Assembly (NCBI RefSeq): GCF_009914755.1
Contig: NC_060942.1
DNA from: the human T2T-CHM13v2.0 reference genome, Homo sapiens
Direction: 5' to 3' (one strand)
DNA length: 64,000 nt
In this document: positions 13,405-25,227 of the stretch, piece after piece
Layout of the letters: each line of letters opens with the position of its first letter
Position numbering within the stretch: position 1 is the stretch's first letter
The notes under the pieces: generated by a model
What the model was told of the DNA's origin: nothing
The model's database searches: none
What the model saw: the letters and a program-made list of their open reading frames with translations, nothing else
Program-made: the position numbers and the translations under genes

Positions 13405-14817
13405 ACAAATATTCATAGGATTCATTTATGAACCTTTGTATTTCCATAAGGTCAGAAGAAATATCTCTTTTTTAGTTCTAATTTTAGTAACTTGAGTCTT
13501 GTTTTTTGGTCAATCTAGCTACAGTTTTGTGATTTTTTGATATTTTTAACCAGTTTTTGGTTTCATTGAATTCCTCTGTATTTCCATTATCTATATCATT
13601 AATTTTCAACTTAATCTTTATAATGCTCTGCCTTCCTGCTTGCTTTATATTTAGCTTGCTCTTCTTTTTTTCACTGTTTTAGGGAAAAGTTTAGATTACA
13701 AAATTTGAGATCTTTCTCATTATAATATAGAAATTTAAAACTATAAATTTCCCCTAAACATTGTTTTAGCTGCATCCCAAAAGTTTGGGTATGTCGTGTT
13801 TTCATTTTAATTCATCTCAAAATATTTTCTGATTTCTCTTTTGATATCTTCCTTGATCCATTGGTTATTTAGAAATATATTGTTTAACATCCACATATTT
13901 GGGTGTTTCCCAAAATTTCTCTGCTATTATTTCCTAATTGTATTCCATTGTAATTATTTCCTTAGACAATTGTATCTCTGAAAAACTTTATTTTTTGATT
14001 TGATTATTGAATCCATTCACATTTTATATTATTATTAATATAATTGGATTTGTATCCATCATTTTCCTGTTTGTTTTCTAAACGTCTCATGTATGTTTGT
14101 TCCTTTATTTCTCTTTTAATAATTTCTTCTGCTTAAGTGAATATTTTCTTCAGGAACATTTTAATTTCTTTAGTAATTTTTTTACTTTTTTTTAAAGCTA
14201 TTAAAAATGGTTCCTGTAGGGTTTACAATATACATCTTAACTTATCAGAATCTGCTTCAGAGTTTTACTAGCTTAATTCTAGGGATATATGGAAATCTTA
14301 CTCATGTATAGCTCTATTTCTTTTTCCTATTTGTGTGGTTTATTATTTCACATATTACATCCACTATGTTACAAACACAGCAGTACCTTGTTATAATTAT
14401 TATTTTGCCATCTGAGTGATTTCCTTAGCCCAATACAGCTTTGCTCCTACAAACCTACTTTGTACTGTTATTAGCAACTATATTATACATATGTTTTATT
14501 CTTGTGTTATAGGCCCAATATTACATTACATACACATTATCTTATACAATTGCTTTTCAAATCACTTAAGAGAATAAAGAAGGAAAAGTATGCATTTACA
14601 TTGTCTTTCATAATTACATAATTACCGTTACCATTGCTCTTTGTTTTGTTATGTGAGTTTGAATTACTGTCGAGGATCACTTGCTTTCAAACTCAAAAAC
14701 TCCATTAGTCGTTTTTGTAAAGAGGATCTGCCAGCAATCAATTCTCTCAATTTTTGTTTATTTGAAAATTTTTGTGTATTTTGCTTGTTTAATGATGGTT
14801 TTGCTGGATGGATCTAG

Positions 14818-15145
<328 letters not shown>

Positions 15146-15671
15146 TGATGGTTTTTTCCTTTGAGCACTTTGAATACGTTATCCTACTCTCTTGTGGCCT
15201 TCATTGTTTCTAATAAGAAGTCAGCTGCTAATCTCATTGGAATTGTCTTACAAGTGACGATTGGTTTTCCTCCTACCACTTTCAAGATTTTCTCCTTGTT
15301 TTGACTTTCAGTATTTTTACTATGTTGTGTCTGTTTGTGAATCTCTTTATGTTTAACTTACTTGAAGTTTGTCGAGCTTCCTAGATGTGTAGTATATTAT
15401 TTTTAATCGATTTGGGGAGTTTTCAAACTATTTTTTCAAAAAAGTTTGTCTGCTCTTCCCTCATTCTCTGTTCTCCTAGTATTACCATTACACAGATACT
15501 GATTTGCTTAATGTTATTTCACATTTTTCTGACTCTCTGTTCTTTTCTTTTTAATTAATTTTTCTTTTAGTTATTGTAATTTTCAATTCCAAAATTTTCA
15601 TTTTTTAAAATAATTTCTATCTTTTCATTGATATTCTCTATTTGATGTAACATTTTCATCATGCTTTCCTT

Positions 15672-18133
15672 TCTTTTTTAAAAATTTGTATAAATTTATG
15701 GGGCTTATTTATGGGATCTAAGTGTAATTTTGTTACATGGATAGACTACATACAAGTGAAGTCAGGGCTTTTAGGGTATCCATCACTCAAATAATATATA
15801 TTGTGTCCATTATATAATTTCTCATCATCCACCCCCTCCCACCCCAGCACTCATCTAGTCTCAATTGTTTATCACTCCACACTCTCCAAGCACATGTACA
15901 CATTATTTAGCTCCCACTTATAAGTAAGAGCATGTGGTATTTGTCTTTCTGTGACTAATTTCTTTAACTTAAGATAATGGCCTCCACCTTCACCCAAGTT
16001 GCTGCAAATGACACAATTGTACTCTTTTGTCTGGCTGAATAGTATTCCATTGTGTATATATACCACATTTTCTTTTTTTTTATAGTCACGAGAATTCTTT
16101 TTATTTTCTTATGTTTGCAATGATATGCATACAATATATATAGACTTAAACAAGTATATATAGTAATTACAGAGAAACAACAAATTAATAACAGTTAAAC
16201 ATGTAACAATCACCCAGAAATAATTATTTTTAATATATTGTCATTTTTGTTCCAAGTGTTCCCATTTTATTTATTTATTTATTTGTATTATTATTAGCAT
16301 ACTTTAAGTTCTGGGATACACATGCAGAACATGCAGGTTTGTTACATAGGTATACACATGCCATAGTGGTTTGCTGTACCCATCAACCCATTATCTACAT
16401 TAGGTATTTCTCCTAATGCTATCTCTCCCCTAGCCCCCCACCCCAGACAGGTCCCAGTGTGTGATGTCCCTTCCCTGTGACCATGTGTTCTCATTGTTCA
16501 AGTCCCGCTTATGAGCTAGAACATGTGTTGTTTGGTTTTCTGTTCCTGTGTTAGTTTGCTGAGAATGATTGTTTCCAGCTTCATCCATGTCCCTCCAAAG
16601 GACATTAACTCATCCTTTTTTATGGCTGCATAGTATTCCATGGTGCATATGTGCCACATTTTCTTTAACCCATCTACTATTGATGAGCATTTGGGTTGGT
16701 TTCAAGTCTTTGGTATTGTGAACAGTGCTGCAATAAACATACGTGTGTATGTGCCTTTATAGTGGAATGATTTATAATCCTTTGGGTATATAGCCAGTAA
16801 TAGTATTGCTGGGTCAAATGGCATTTCTGGTTCTAGATCCTTGAGGAATAGCAACACTGTCTTCCACAATGGTTGAACTAATTTACACTCTCACCAACAG
16901 TGTAAAAAGCATTCCTATTTCTCCACATCCTCTCCAGCATCTGTTGTTTCCTGACTTTTTAATGATCGCCATTCTAACTGGCATGAGATGGTATCTCATT
17001 GTGGTTTTGATTTGCATTTATCTAATGACCAGTCATGATGAGCTTTTTTTCATATATTTGTTGGCCCCATAAATGTCTTCTTTTGAGAAGTGACTGTTCA
17101 TATCCTTTGCCCGCTTTTTGATGGGGTTGTTTTTTTTTCCTGTATATACCACATTTTCTTTAACCATTTATCTGTTGATAATCAATTAAATTGATTATCT
17201 TTGCTACTGTGAATAGTGCTGTGATTAACATATGGGTGCAGGTATGTTTCTGATATAATAAATTTTCCTTCGCATAGATACTCAGTAGTGAGATTTCTGG
17301 ATTGAATGGTAGTTCTATTTTTAGTTCATTGAGAAACCTTCACACTGTTTCCCATAGAGGTTGTACTAATTTACATTCCCACCAACAGTGTTCCCCTTTC
17401 TCTGCATCCCTACCAATGTCTGCTATTTTTTGTCTTTTTATAATAGTCATACTGACTAATGTAAGTTGATATCTCTTTATGGTGTTAATTTGCATTTCTC
17501 TGATCAGTGGCATTGAGAATTTTGCATATGCCTGTTGGTCAGTTGTATGTCTTCTTTTGAAAATGCCTATTCACGTCCTTTGCCCATATTTTAATGGTAT
17601 TATTTGTTTTATTGTTGTTGTGTTGTTTGAGTTCCTTGTAAATTCTGGATATTAGTCCCCCTTCAGATGCATAGTTTGCAAATATTTTCTCCCATTCTGC
17701 AGGTGGTCTTTTCACTCTATTGATTATTTCTTTTGTTGTGCAGAAGTGTTTTACTTTAATTAAGTCCCATTTGTCTATTTTCACTTTTGCTGCCTGTGCT
17801 TTTGAGGTCTTAGTCATGAATTCTTTGTCTGGAACAATGTGCAAAAGAGTTTTCCTTAGGTTTTCTTCTAGTATTTTTGTAGGCTCAGGTCTTACATTTA
17901 AGTCTTTAATCCTTCTTAAGTTGATTTGTGAATATGGTGCAAGATAGGGATCCAGTTTTTTTCTTCATATAGCAATCCAATTTTCCCAGCACCATTTTTG
18001 AAAACGGTGTCCTTTCCTCATTGTATGTTTTTGTCAACTTTGTCAAAAATCAGATGGCTGTAAATTTGTGACTTTATTTCTGGATACTATATTCTGTTCC
18101 ATACATCTATGTGTCTATTTTTTTTATCAGTAC
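15672..18133 (-). mobile_element. L1MA (about L1MA1-3) 3' portion, split at 16073-17142 by a younger L1PA
   Basis: 3' UTR GTGAAGTCAGGGCTTTTAGGGTATCCATCAC; ORF2 remnant ORF 17539-17844 ([37 protein letters not shown]). Confidence 0.87.
16073..17142 (-). mobile_element. 5'-truncated L1PA (about L1PA7) with a 3'-transduced flank (16082-16264)
   Basis: L1PA 3' UTR from ~16300 (ATACTTTAAGTTCTGGGATAC...); TSD TATATACCACATTTTC at 16057-16072 and 17143-17158 encloses the L1, its tail, extra sequence and a second poly-T. Confidence 0.9.
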
Positions 18134-18252
18134 CTGTAATGCCGGCTACTTGGGGGTCTGAAGTGGGGGGATTATTTGAGATTAGGCATTCCAGACCAGC
18201 CTTCTTAACATAGTGAGACCATATCTCTAAAAAAGTAATAATAAAATAAAAA
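18133..18252 (+). mobile_element. FLAM-like Alu monomer fragment with an A-rich tail
   Basis: CCTGTAATGCCGGCTACTTGGGGG...CAGACCAGCC...AACATAGTGAGACCATATCTCTAAAAAA. Confidence 0.75.
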
Positions 18253-18348
18253 GAGACTTCCCGCTAATCACTTTCATCGGAATGGTGGGGCAGATTTCTC
18301 CCCCTGCCCCACCATTCCGATGAAAGTGATTAGTGGGAAATCTCTTTT
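18249..18348. repeat. Inverted repeat/hairpin with 45-bp arms and a 10-nt loop
   Basis: Arms 18249-18293 and 18304-18348 are reverse complements at 43 of 45 positions; loop ATTTCTCCCC. Confidence 0.97.
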
Positions 18349-18465
18349 AATGAGAGATCCTTTACTTCTTTAATTGTACTTTCCTTTAGGTCTGAGAACC
18401 AAACTCTGCAAACTAGCTCTATGAATAGATCTCATCAAATTGTGACTCCTTTAAGGAAATAGTTT

Positions 18466-18641
18466 CTTTTTTATTTTCATTTTTTATTTCAGTGGTTTTA
18501 GGGGTACAAGTGGTTTTTAGTTACATGCATAAATTTTATAGTGGTGAAGTTAGGGATTTTAGTGCACCCATCACCCAAGTAGTGTACATCGTAACCAAGA
18601 GGTAGTTTTTCGTTCTTTACCCCCCTCCCACCACCCTCCCT
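18466..18641 (-). mobile_element. Short L1PB/L1MA-type 3' end insertion
   Basis: Poly-T, then GGGGTACAAGTGGTTTTTAGTTACATG...GTGCACCCATCACCCAAGTAGTGTACAT; TSD AAATAGTTT on both sides. Confidence 0.82.
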
Positions 18642-19753
18642 AAATAAATAGTTTTTGAAGTCAGTATTTGATATTTCTTCTGCCCTCAGGAAGGCTCTTT
18701 CTAGCAGGCTTATTCCTGCTTCTCTCCTGCAAACTAGTTGTCTACAGTCATTAAATCCATGAATTTCCTCTCAATTACCTTTTCCCATAACATCCACTGT
18801 TCTTGAGAGCACTGTTAAGTTTAAACTTCTCCACACCCTATTGCAAATTAAGTCCAGATTTTGGGAGAAAGGATTAAGAGATATCTATTTTAATGCTTGT
18901 TTTCCTTTCCAGGTAAAATGATCTGAGCCAAGGTTTTGAAGCTGGGTGTGAGGATAGTGGCAAGCTTCTCTCCTAGTGATATTCTCACTCTAGGAACTTT
19001 ATATTTTGTGCAGGGGAGTGGAGCAGGAGCCTGAGGTCATATGAGTTTGTAGCTCCTGTGTGGGACCACCACTTCACAAGCCAGGGAAAGGCAATCAGCA
19101 CCCCAGTGTTCTTAGCACGTCATGCCCCGGTACAGCCTCCATTCCACAAGTGGTGGGGCTGGGCAGAAGAAAAGAGCTCTTACTACTCATTTCCACTGAT
19201 CTGGAACATAGCTGCAGTAACAGATAGCTGGGGCAAGATGAGAAACACTGAAGTCCTGCTCCTCCTGGGAATAAAGGCCTCTCTGACTAGAAGCTGGTGG
19301 GGCAAGGAAGCCCTGTGGTCTTGGCTGCAGCAGTCTGGAGTGGAGTCTCTGCTTTATAGGGGGAAGAGTGGAGTAAGTAGTCTTGGTTCACATACCACAG
19401 ACTTTCAAATTTCTTACTGAATTTTCTTGAATAGATGCTTCTTCACTGTTTGTCCTTAGAATCATTTCCAGAGCATTTAAATATGTTGTTTGTTTGCTTT
19501 ATAATTTTCACCACTTTTACTGGGTAACAGGTCAGTGGAGCTCCTCATACTGTTATGGCAGAAGTTAATCTCCAGTGTGTTACAGTTTGTAGTTCTACAT
19601 ATGTTTTTTATATTATTGTTAAGTACTTCAATAACCATGTCATTTAGGTAGCGTTTCTCTCATGCTTCAGTTGATATTTACTGAACAGGAATTGTATGCC
19701 AAATACTGTAAGTATAAAAATAAATATCAGTTTTTTTCCTTTAAAGATTTCAT

Positions 19754-19822
19754 GTTACCTATGTAACAAACCTGCACATCCTGCACATGCCCCCTGTAAC
19801 TTAAAATTTAAATTAAAATTTG
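19754..19822 (+). mobile_element. L1PA extreme 3' fragment
   Basis: TACCTATGTAACAAACCTGCACATCCTGCACATG...ACTTAAAA. Confidence 0.8.
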
Positions 19823-20197
19823 AAAAAATGTTCATCTGTGTTAGGAAATATGGAGGAAATTCTAAGTTGTCACAGAAGTAAGAGTAGGATTTGAACACAA
19901 AGTCATTTGAAGCTTAATCTCACTAGATGAAGGTGCCTTCTATTGGATCTTGGGACTATATCAAATATGAGAGAAATAGAATAGCCTATTTGAGTGTCAA
20001 AACTGTATTTTTTTTACCCTACCAAAGATTGAAGGTATGAAAGTTCACAGTGCTCTCTCCTGCCTGACATAGTCTGTTTTACTAGATCACTCTTCTGATT
20101 TCAGCTTATCATAGTATTAGCCATCAAGTTTTTCTGGTAGAATGTTAAAAGCCCAGGTTGTTTGTTAGTAAAAATATCTTTAGTTCCAACTGCTACT

Positions 20198-20541
20198 TGG
20201 AGCTGGAAGCCATTATCCTCAGCAAACTAACACAGGAACAGAAAACCAAACACTGCGTGTTCTCACTGTAAGTGGGAGCTGAATGATGAGAGCACATGCA
20301 CACATGGTAGAAAATAACACTACACACACTGGGGCCTGGCAGAAGGTGGGAGATGGGAGAGGGAGAGCATCAGGAAGAATAGCTGGGCTATTCAGAAGGA
20401 TGCTGGGCTTAATACATAAGTGACTGGATGATCTGTGCAGCAAACCACCATGGCACACGTTTACTTACGTAACAAACCTGACATCCTGCACATGTACCCC
20501 TGAACTTAAAATAGAAGTTGGAAAGAAAAAAAATAAAAATA
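20198..20541 (+). mobile_element. L1PA (about L1PA13) 3' end
   Basis: TGGAGCTGGAAGCCATTATCCTCAGCAAACTAACACAGGAACAG...CATGTACCCCTGAACTTAAAAT plus A tail. Confidence 0.9.
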
Positions 20542-21439
20542 TTAAAATGCCTAGAAGAGAAGACAATCATTTTGGAGAAGAAAAGAGCATTGCCATAAGC
20601 CCAAGTGAAAGTGCAATAAAGATTACACTGGGCAGCAAGAACAGCATTTAAATGGGGAGAATCTATTCCTAAATGAGAGCATCTTAAAGAACCAAGACCC
20701 AAGCACTGATGAGAATGGTTTGACTAAGACTATCAGTACCATTTCCAGAAGGAAGTGAGCCTTCAGATGAAAGCCACAGAACAGCCATGTCAGAGGCAGA
20801 ATATAACAAGTTAACAATCCGAGAACAAGGACAAGGACAAGGAAGTCCTAAACATTGTGGACCCAAATCGACAGCAATATCACCATGAGACAGATATGGC
20901 AGAGCAGAAAGTCTCTTCAAAATTCAAGAGGAAGAATTGATTAAAAAGGCAGCGATGGGATAAGGAAATCACTCAAGGAAATATGATACACCTTTTGCAG
21001 AAATTACTTGATTGCAAAGACATGATAAGGCTGCACCAGGCTTGATTGAGCAAAAGCTACACTGCAAGATGGCAGAACCATGTAAACAAGTATCAGCAAG
21101 AGAAGCTGACACTTTTCAATGTCCAAACCAAGAGAGTCCCAATGCTACTTACCAGCAGTTTCACCTCATTCAAATTAAGGAGAAAAAATTTGATGGTGAG
21201 TTAAGGGGAGTGAGAGTAAAGAGTTAGAAATAAAGGGAGCCTGGATTATGCCTCATGTGACTTTGTATTCATAATGGCTGGCACACAATACATACTCAAT
21301 AAATAAATAACTTACTGGTATGCTTAAGGAAATATACCAAGAACAAACAAGATGAAGTATCAGTAAGGAAAGTTATTTCTCAAGTTTTAGAGGTTTAAGT
21401 TGGTCATTCTATCTCATTCCTTATTAATAATCATACACT

Positions 21440-21540
21440 ACTACTACCTCTACCATTTATGGAACATTTACTACATCCCAGGCAGTATACTACTAACATA
21501 TATGTATATATGTGTCTGTATACATATATATATATAATAT

Positions 21541-21572
<32 letters not shown>

Positions 21573-21860
21573 ATGGTTTATGTGTAATACATATATGGAT
21601 ATATGGGGGATATCCATATGGAGATAGATATGGAGGTATATAGGACATATATATAAAGATATATAGTATATGTGGAGATTTGCATAGATATGCTTGATTC
21701 TAACAACAATCCTAAGAGTAGGTGATCTTAGCTCAATTTTAGAGATGAAATAACTGAGTCTAAGAGCAGTTAAATAACCGAATCTACATGACTAAGTGAT
21801 ATGCTTGAGATTTGAACTCAAGTTTGTGTGACTCTGAAGCCCATATTCTTAAACCCTGCA
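21440..21860 (-). mobile_element. MIR interrupted by a (TA)n/(TG)n low-complexity tract (about 21497-21690)
   Basis: CATTTATGGAACATTTACTACATCCCAGGCA ... ATTTTAGAGATGAAATAACTGAG...GATTTGAACTCAAG. Confidence 0.7.
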
Positions 21861-22121
21861 TCATTCCATCTTCCTACAAAGAAGCATGAATTTAGACACT
21901 GCATTCTCTAGTCTTACTTTATTACCATAATGATTTATTTATTATTTTCTGCTACAGTCCCTATAGAAGCATTTTTTCCACAAAGAATAATTAATGGAAA
22001 CCATTAGATTTTCCTGCTTTGTGTTCCGCTTCTGTTGGGCATTTACTTGGTCAGGACTTTTAAGTAGGAACAGTAGGACCTCACAAGGACCAACGGTCTC
22101 CTGAGCAGCAGTTTTCTAGGG

Positions 22122-22458
22122 CAGCGGTCCCCAACCTTTTTAGCACCAGGAACCGGTTCGGTGGAAGACAACTTTGCCACGGACCAGAGGGAAGGGAGAG
22201 GGGGGTATTAGATTCTCACAAGGGGCACGCACTTAGATCCCTAGCATGCGCAGTTGACAACAGGGTTTGTGCTCCTATGATAATCTAATGCCACAGCTGA
22301 TCTGAGAGGAGGCGGAGCTCAGGCGGTAATGCGAGTGAAAGGGAGTGGCTTGGCTGTAACTACCAATGAAGCTTTGCTGGCTCGCCTGCCACTCACCTCC
22401 TGCTGTGAGGCCTGCTTCCTAACAAGTACTGGTCCATTGCCAGGGGTTGGGACCCCTG
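22122..22458. mobile_element. MER1B-like hAT-Charlie MITE
   Basis: TIRs CAGCGGTCCCCAACC...GGTTGGGACCCCTG; perfect 8-bp TSD TTCTAGGG at 22114-22121 and 22459-22466. Confidence 0.92.
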
Positions 22459-22839
22459 TTCTAGGGGCAAAATCATTCTCTAACAATGATTCCATTTTTC
22501 ATCATCTTCCCATCACAGTATTTTGTAACAGATATTTTGCCTGGGTGGGATTTTTGTTATAAGAGAACTGATAAGATCCTGCATGCAGATAGAGCTGAAA
22601 CAGTTGGAAGAAACCTGTCTTCCCCATTGCTTTGCAAGGCCCAGCATGCCATGGGTTCTTAGATAGACCAGAGCTGGTCTGTCTCCTGAGGTGACTGAAT
22701 CCTCACAAAATGCATCATTGGCAGGGCCATGATGAGGCTTCTTCAAGCAGCTTTGTTGACTGAGAGCAAGGGGACTGAGATGTGTGCTGTGTAAGAAGAT
22801 TTGAGCAGGCGTCTGGGCTGAGGAGCACCAGGTGACACT

Positions 22840-23027
22840 GATTCTGATCAAAGTGTGCACCATGGACCAGCAACATGAGTATCACCTGGGAGATGGTTAG
22901 AAATGCATAGAACAAGGCTCATCCTAGACCTACTGAATCAGAATCTCTTGGAGTGAGACCCAGAAATCTGTGCTTTTACAAGAGCTTTGTGTGATTCTGA
23001 CACATGCTGAAGTTTGAGAAGCACTGA
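22840..23027. mobile_element. MER5A-like MITE
   Basis: CAAAGTGTG...ATCACCTGGGAG...AGACCTACTGAATCAGAATCT...AAGTTTGAGAAGCACTG. Confidence 0.82.
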
Positions 23028-23029
23028 TC

Positions 23030-23420
23030 TAGGTGAGAAGCAGTGAGACTCTGAACTGAAGCAGTGGCATTAGGGATACGGTAGAGAGGAAGGGATTCAA
23101 GAGATATTTGGAAGGAAGAACCAACAGAACCTGATGACCAACCGGAAGTGAATCAGAGGACCACAAGTTTATGTTGACTCTCAAGTCAAAATTGGAGTTA
23201 AATACAGCATGGATATCTTTGTTGTTCACTGGGCAAGCAATATAGGAGAAGGAGCAGGTCTGGAGCCCAAAGAGGCAATAATTTCTGTGTTAAGCTTGGG
23301 ATGCCTGGGAGACATCCAAGCATAAATATCTATTAGAAAATCAGCAGTGATACCCAGAATGCAGAAGAGTTTGTAAATCCAGATATTTAGGTTATAATTC
23401 ACCAAAAGAAGATGTTGGAA
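23030..23420 (-). mobile_element. L2 fragment
   Basis: GATTCAAGAGATATTTGGAAGGAAGAACCAACAGAACCTGATGAC...GAGACATCCAAG. Confidence 0.65.
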
Positions 23421-23977
23421 CTGAATTTACATAACATTTTCATATTAAAATTAAATGTAGGATGAAATGAGATAGCACTATGTAGCTATAAAGTAACATA
23501 AAAATAGAGCAATGTAGTATTTCACTGAGCCTGTGGGGGGTGTAAAAAATGAAGCTGTTCTCCTTATTTAAGAGACAAGTGTGTTCAAACACTAGATGCT
23601 CAAGCAAACTGAGAAAAAGGTTTTCTATCCAGAACACTCCTCAAAATGTCTGTCCCCACCCTTTGGCTCTAGTTACCTCCCATTGCAAGGATATTAGTGA
23701 ATTTATGTCTTTTCCTTGGTGAGCTCTGGTCCTATTTGTAAATCTTTGTGACTCATAAGGCTGAAATGGTACTACATTTTATAGTGACCATGGGTTCTAA
23801 GCTAAAAGTCAGAATATATTTTCTGATGGATTTTTAAAAAAAATCTGATTTGAATATTTACTTAAAAGATTATTATAAAAGGTGACAGTTAAGGAATAAC
23901 TTTTTATTAGAAAAAAATGTTACATGACATAGAGATCATTGTTTCCTGTTTCAGGATGCTCTTTAAAATGCAGATGA

Positions 23978-24285
23978 AGCCAGGCGCGGTGGCTCATGCT
24001 TGTAATCCCAGCACTTTGGGAGGCCAAGGCAGGTAGATTGCTTGAGCTCAGGAGTTCAAGACCAGACTGGGCAACATGGCAGGACCCTGTCTCTACTAAA
24101 AATACAAAAAAAAAAAAAATAGCTGAGTGTGTGGTGCGAGTCTATTGTCCCAGCTACTCTAGAGGCTGAGATGGGAGAATGGCTTCAGCCCAGTGAGCAG
24201 AGGTTGCAGTGATCTAAGATCGCACCACCGCATTCCAGCCTGGGTGACAGAGTGAGACCCTACCTCAAAATAAAATAAAATAAAA
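23978..24285 (+). mobile_element. AluJb-like, inserted in a MER5-type MITE (about 23950-24400)
   Basis: Dimeric Alu with (TAAAA)n tail; TSD TAAAATGCAGATG at 23964-23976 and 24286-24298; MITE resumes (GAATCTGCATTTAAAC...AAGTTTGAGAAGCACTG). Confidence 0.92.
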
Positions 24286-25227
24286 TAAAATGCAGATGCG
24301 TAGCTTCTACTGCATCAGAATATACCAGAATATCTGGGAATCTGCATTTAAACGATAATTCAAGTGATTCTTTTGCATATGAAAGTTTGAGAAGCACTGA
24401 TCTAGGATAGTTTATTTTTAGATTTGTTACTATCATTTAATGCAATGTTTTAAGCCCTGAATTTGTGTGTGCCCATTTTGTGTAATAAAGAGAGATTCCC
24501 TTTCTAAGGGACTTTGAGTACCTGAGGGAGGGTAGTTTTAAATTAATCTATAAATTATAAAGCCACAATTTTAAATTAAATCATGCTCTTCTTATACTTT
24601 TCTGCTTTATACTTTTATGGGGGCATTTTTTCCTCTAAGTGGCTGACATATGCTATATCTCAGATTTCTGCCTTAATTTCTAAAAGTAACACTTCCTTGG
24701 AGAGTGAGGTGGTTGGTGAAACATCAAATCTAATGGACAGGTGCATTAAGTCTCAGTAGATCCAGTTCAATATTCTGTAAAGGAAACTGGCATAGGGCCT
24801 AACAGAAAATGCTTAGCAATCTTTGGGAGAAAAAAAGGTTTATATTGGAAATGTTGTAATGTCTTATGTTTATTCCAGGATGTCTTATTTATTACTACCT
24901 TCACTGTTGGTATCATCTGCCGTCACTGCCATCATTTTTTAAACAAATTTTGCATTTTAGGTAATGGAACACAGTATATATGTAGACAGACTTAAATTTA
25001 ATTTTCATGATTGAATAGATAATTTAATGGCCTAACCCTATGCTCTGCTTACTAAAATCAAATGACAAGTGGCCATCCAAATTTATGGAAAAGGCCTCTT
25101 GATGTGGCAAAAACATTGTTTGGCCTGAAGGGAAAAAATGAAGACCTGAGTTTCTAGAAGAATTGAGTGACAAGTGTTGGTTAGAATTTGCTAAGAAAGT
25201 GACGTGCATAAAAGCAAGGTGGAGAAA

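Noticed and set aside
18133-18300. BC200- or snaR-like RNA gene
   Set aside because: The monomer lacks the 5' A-box region, and the sequence after the A-rich tract does not resemble the BC200 unique 3' domain as I recall it.
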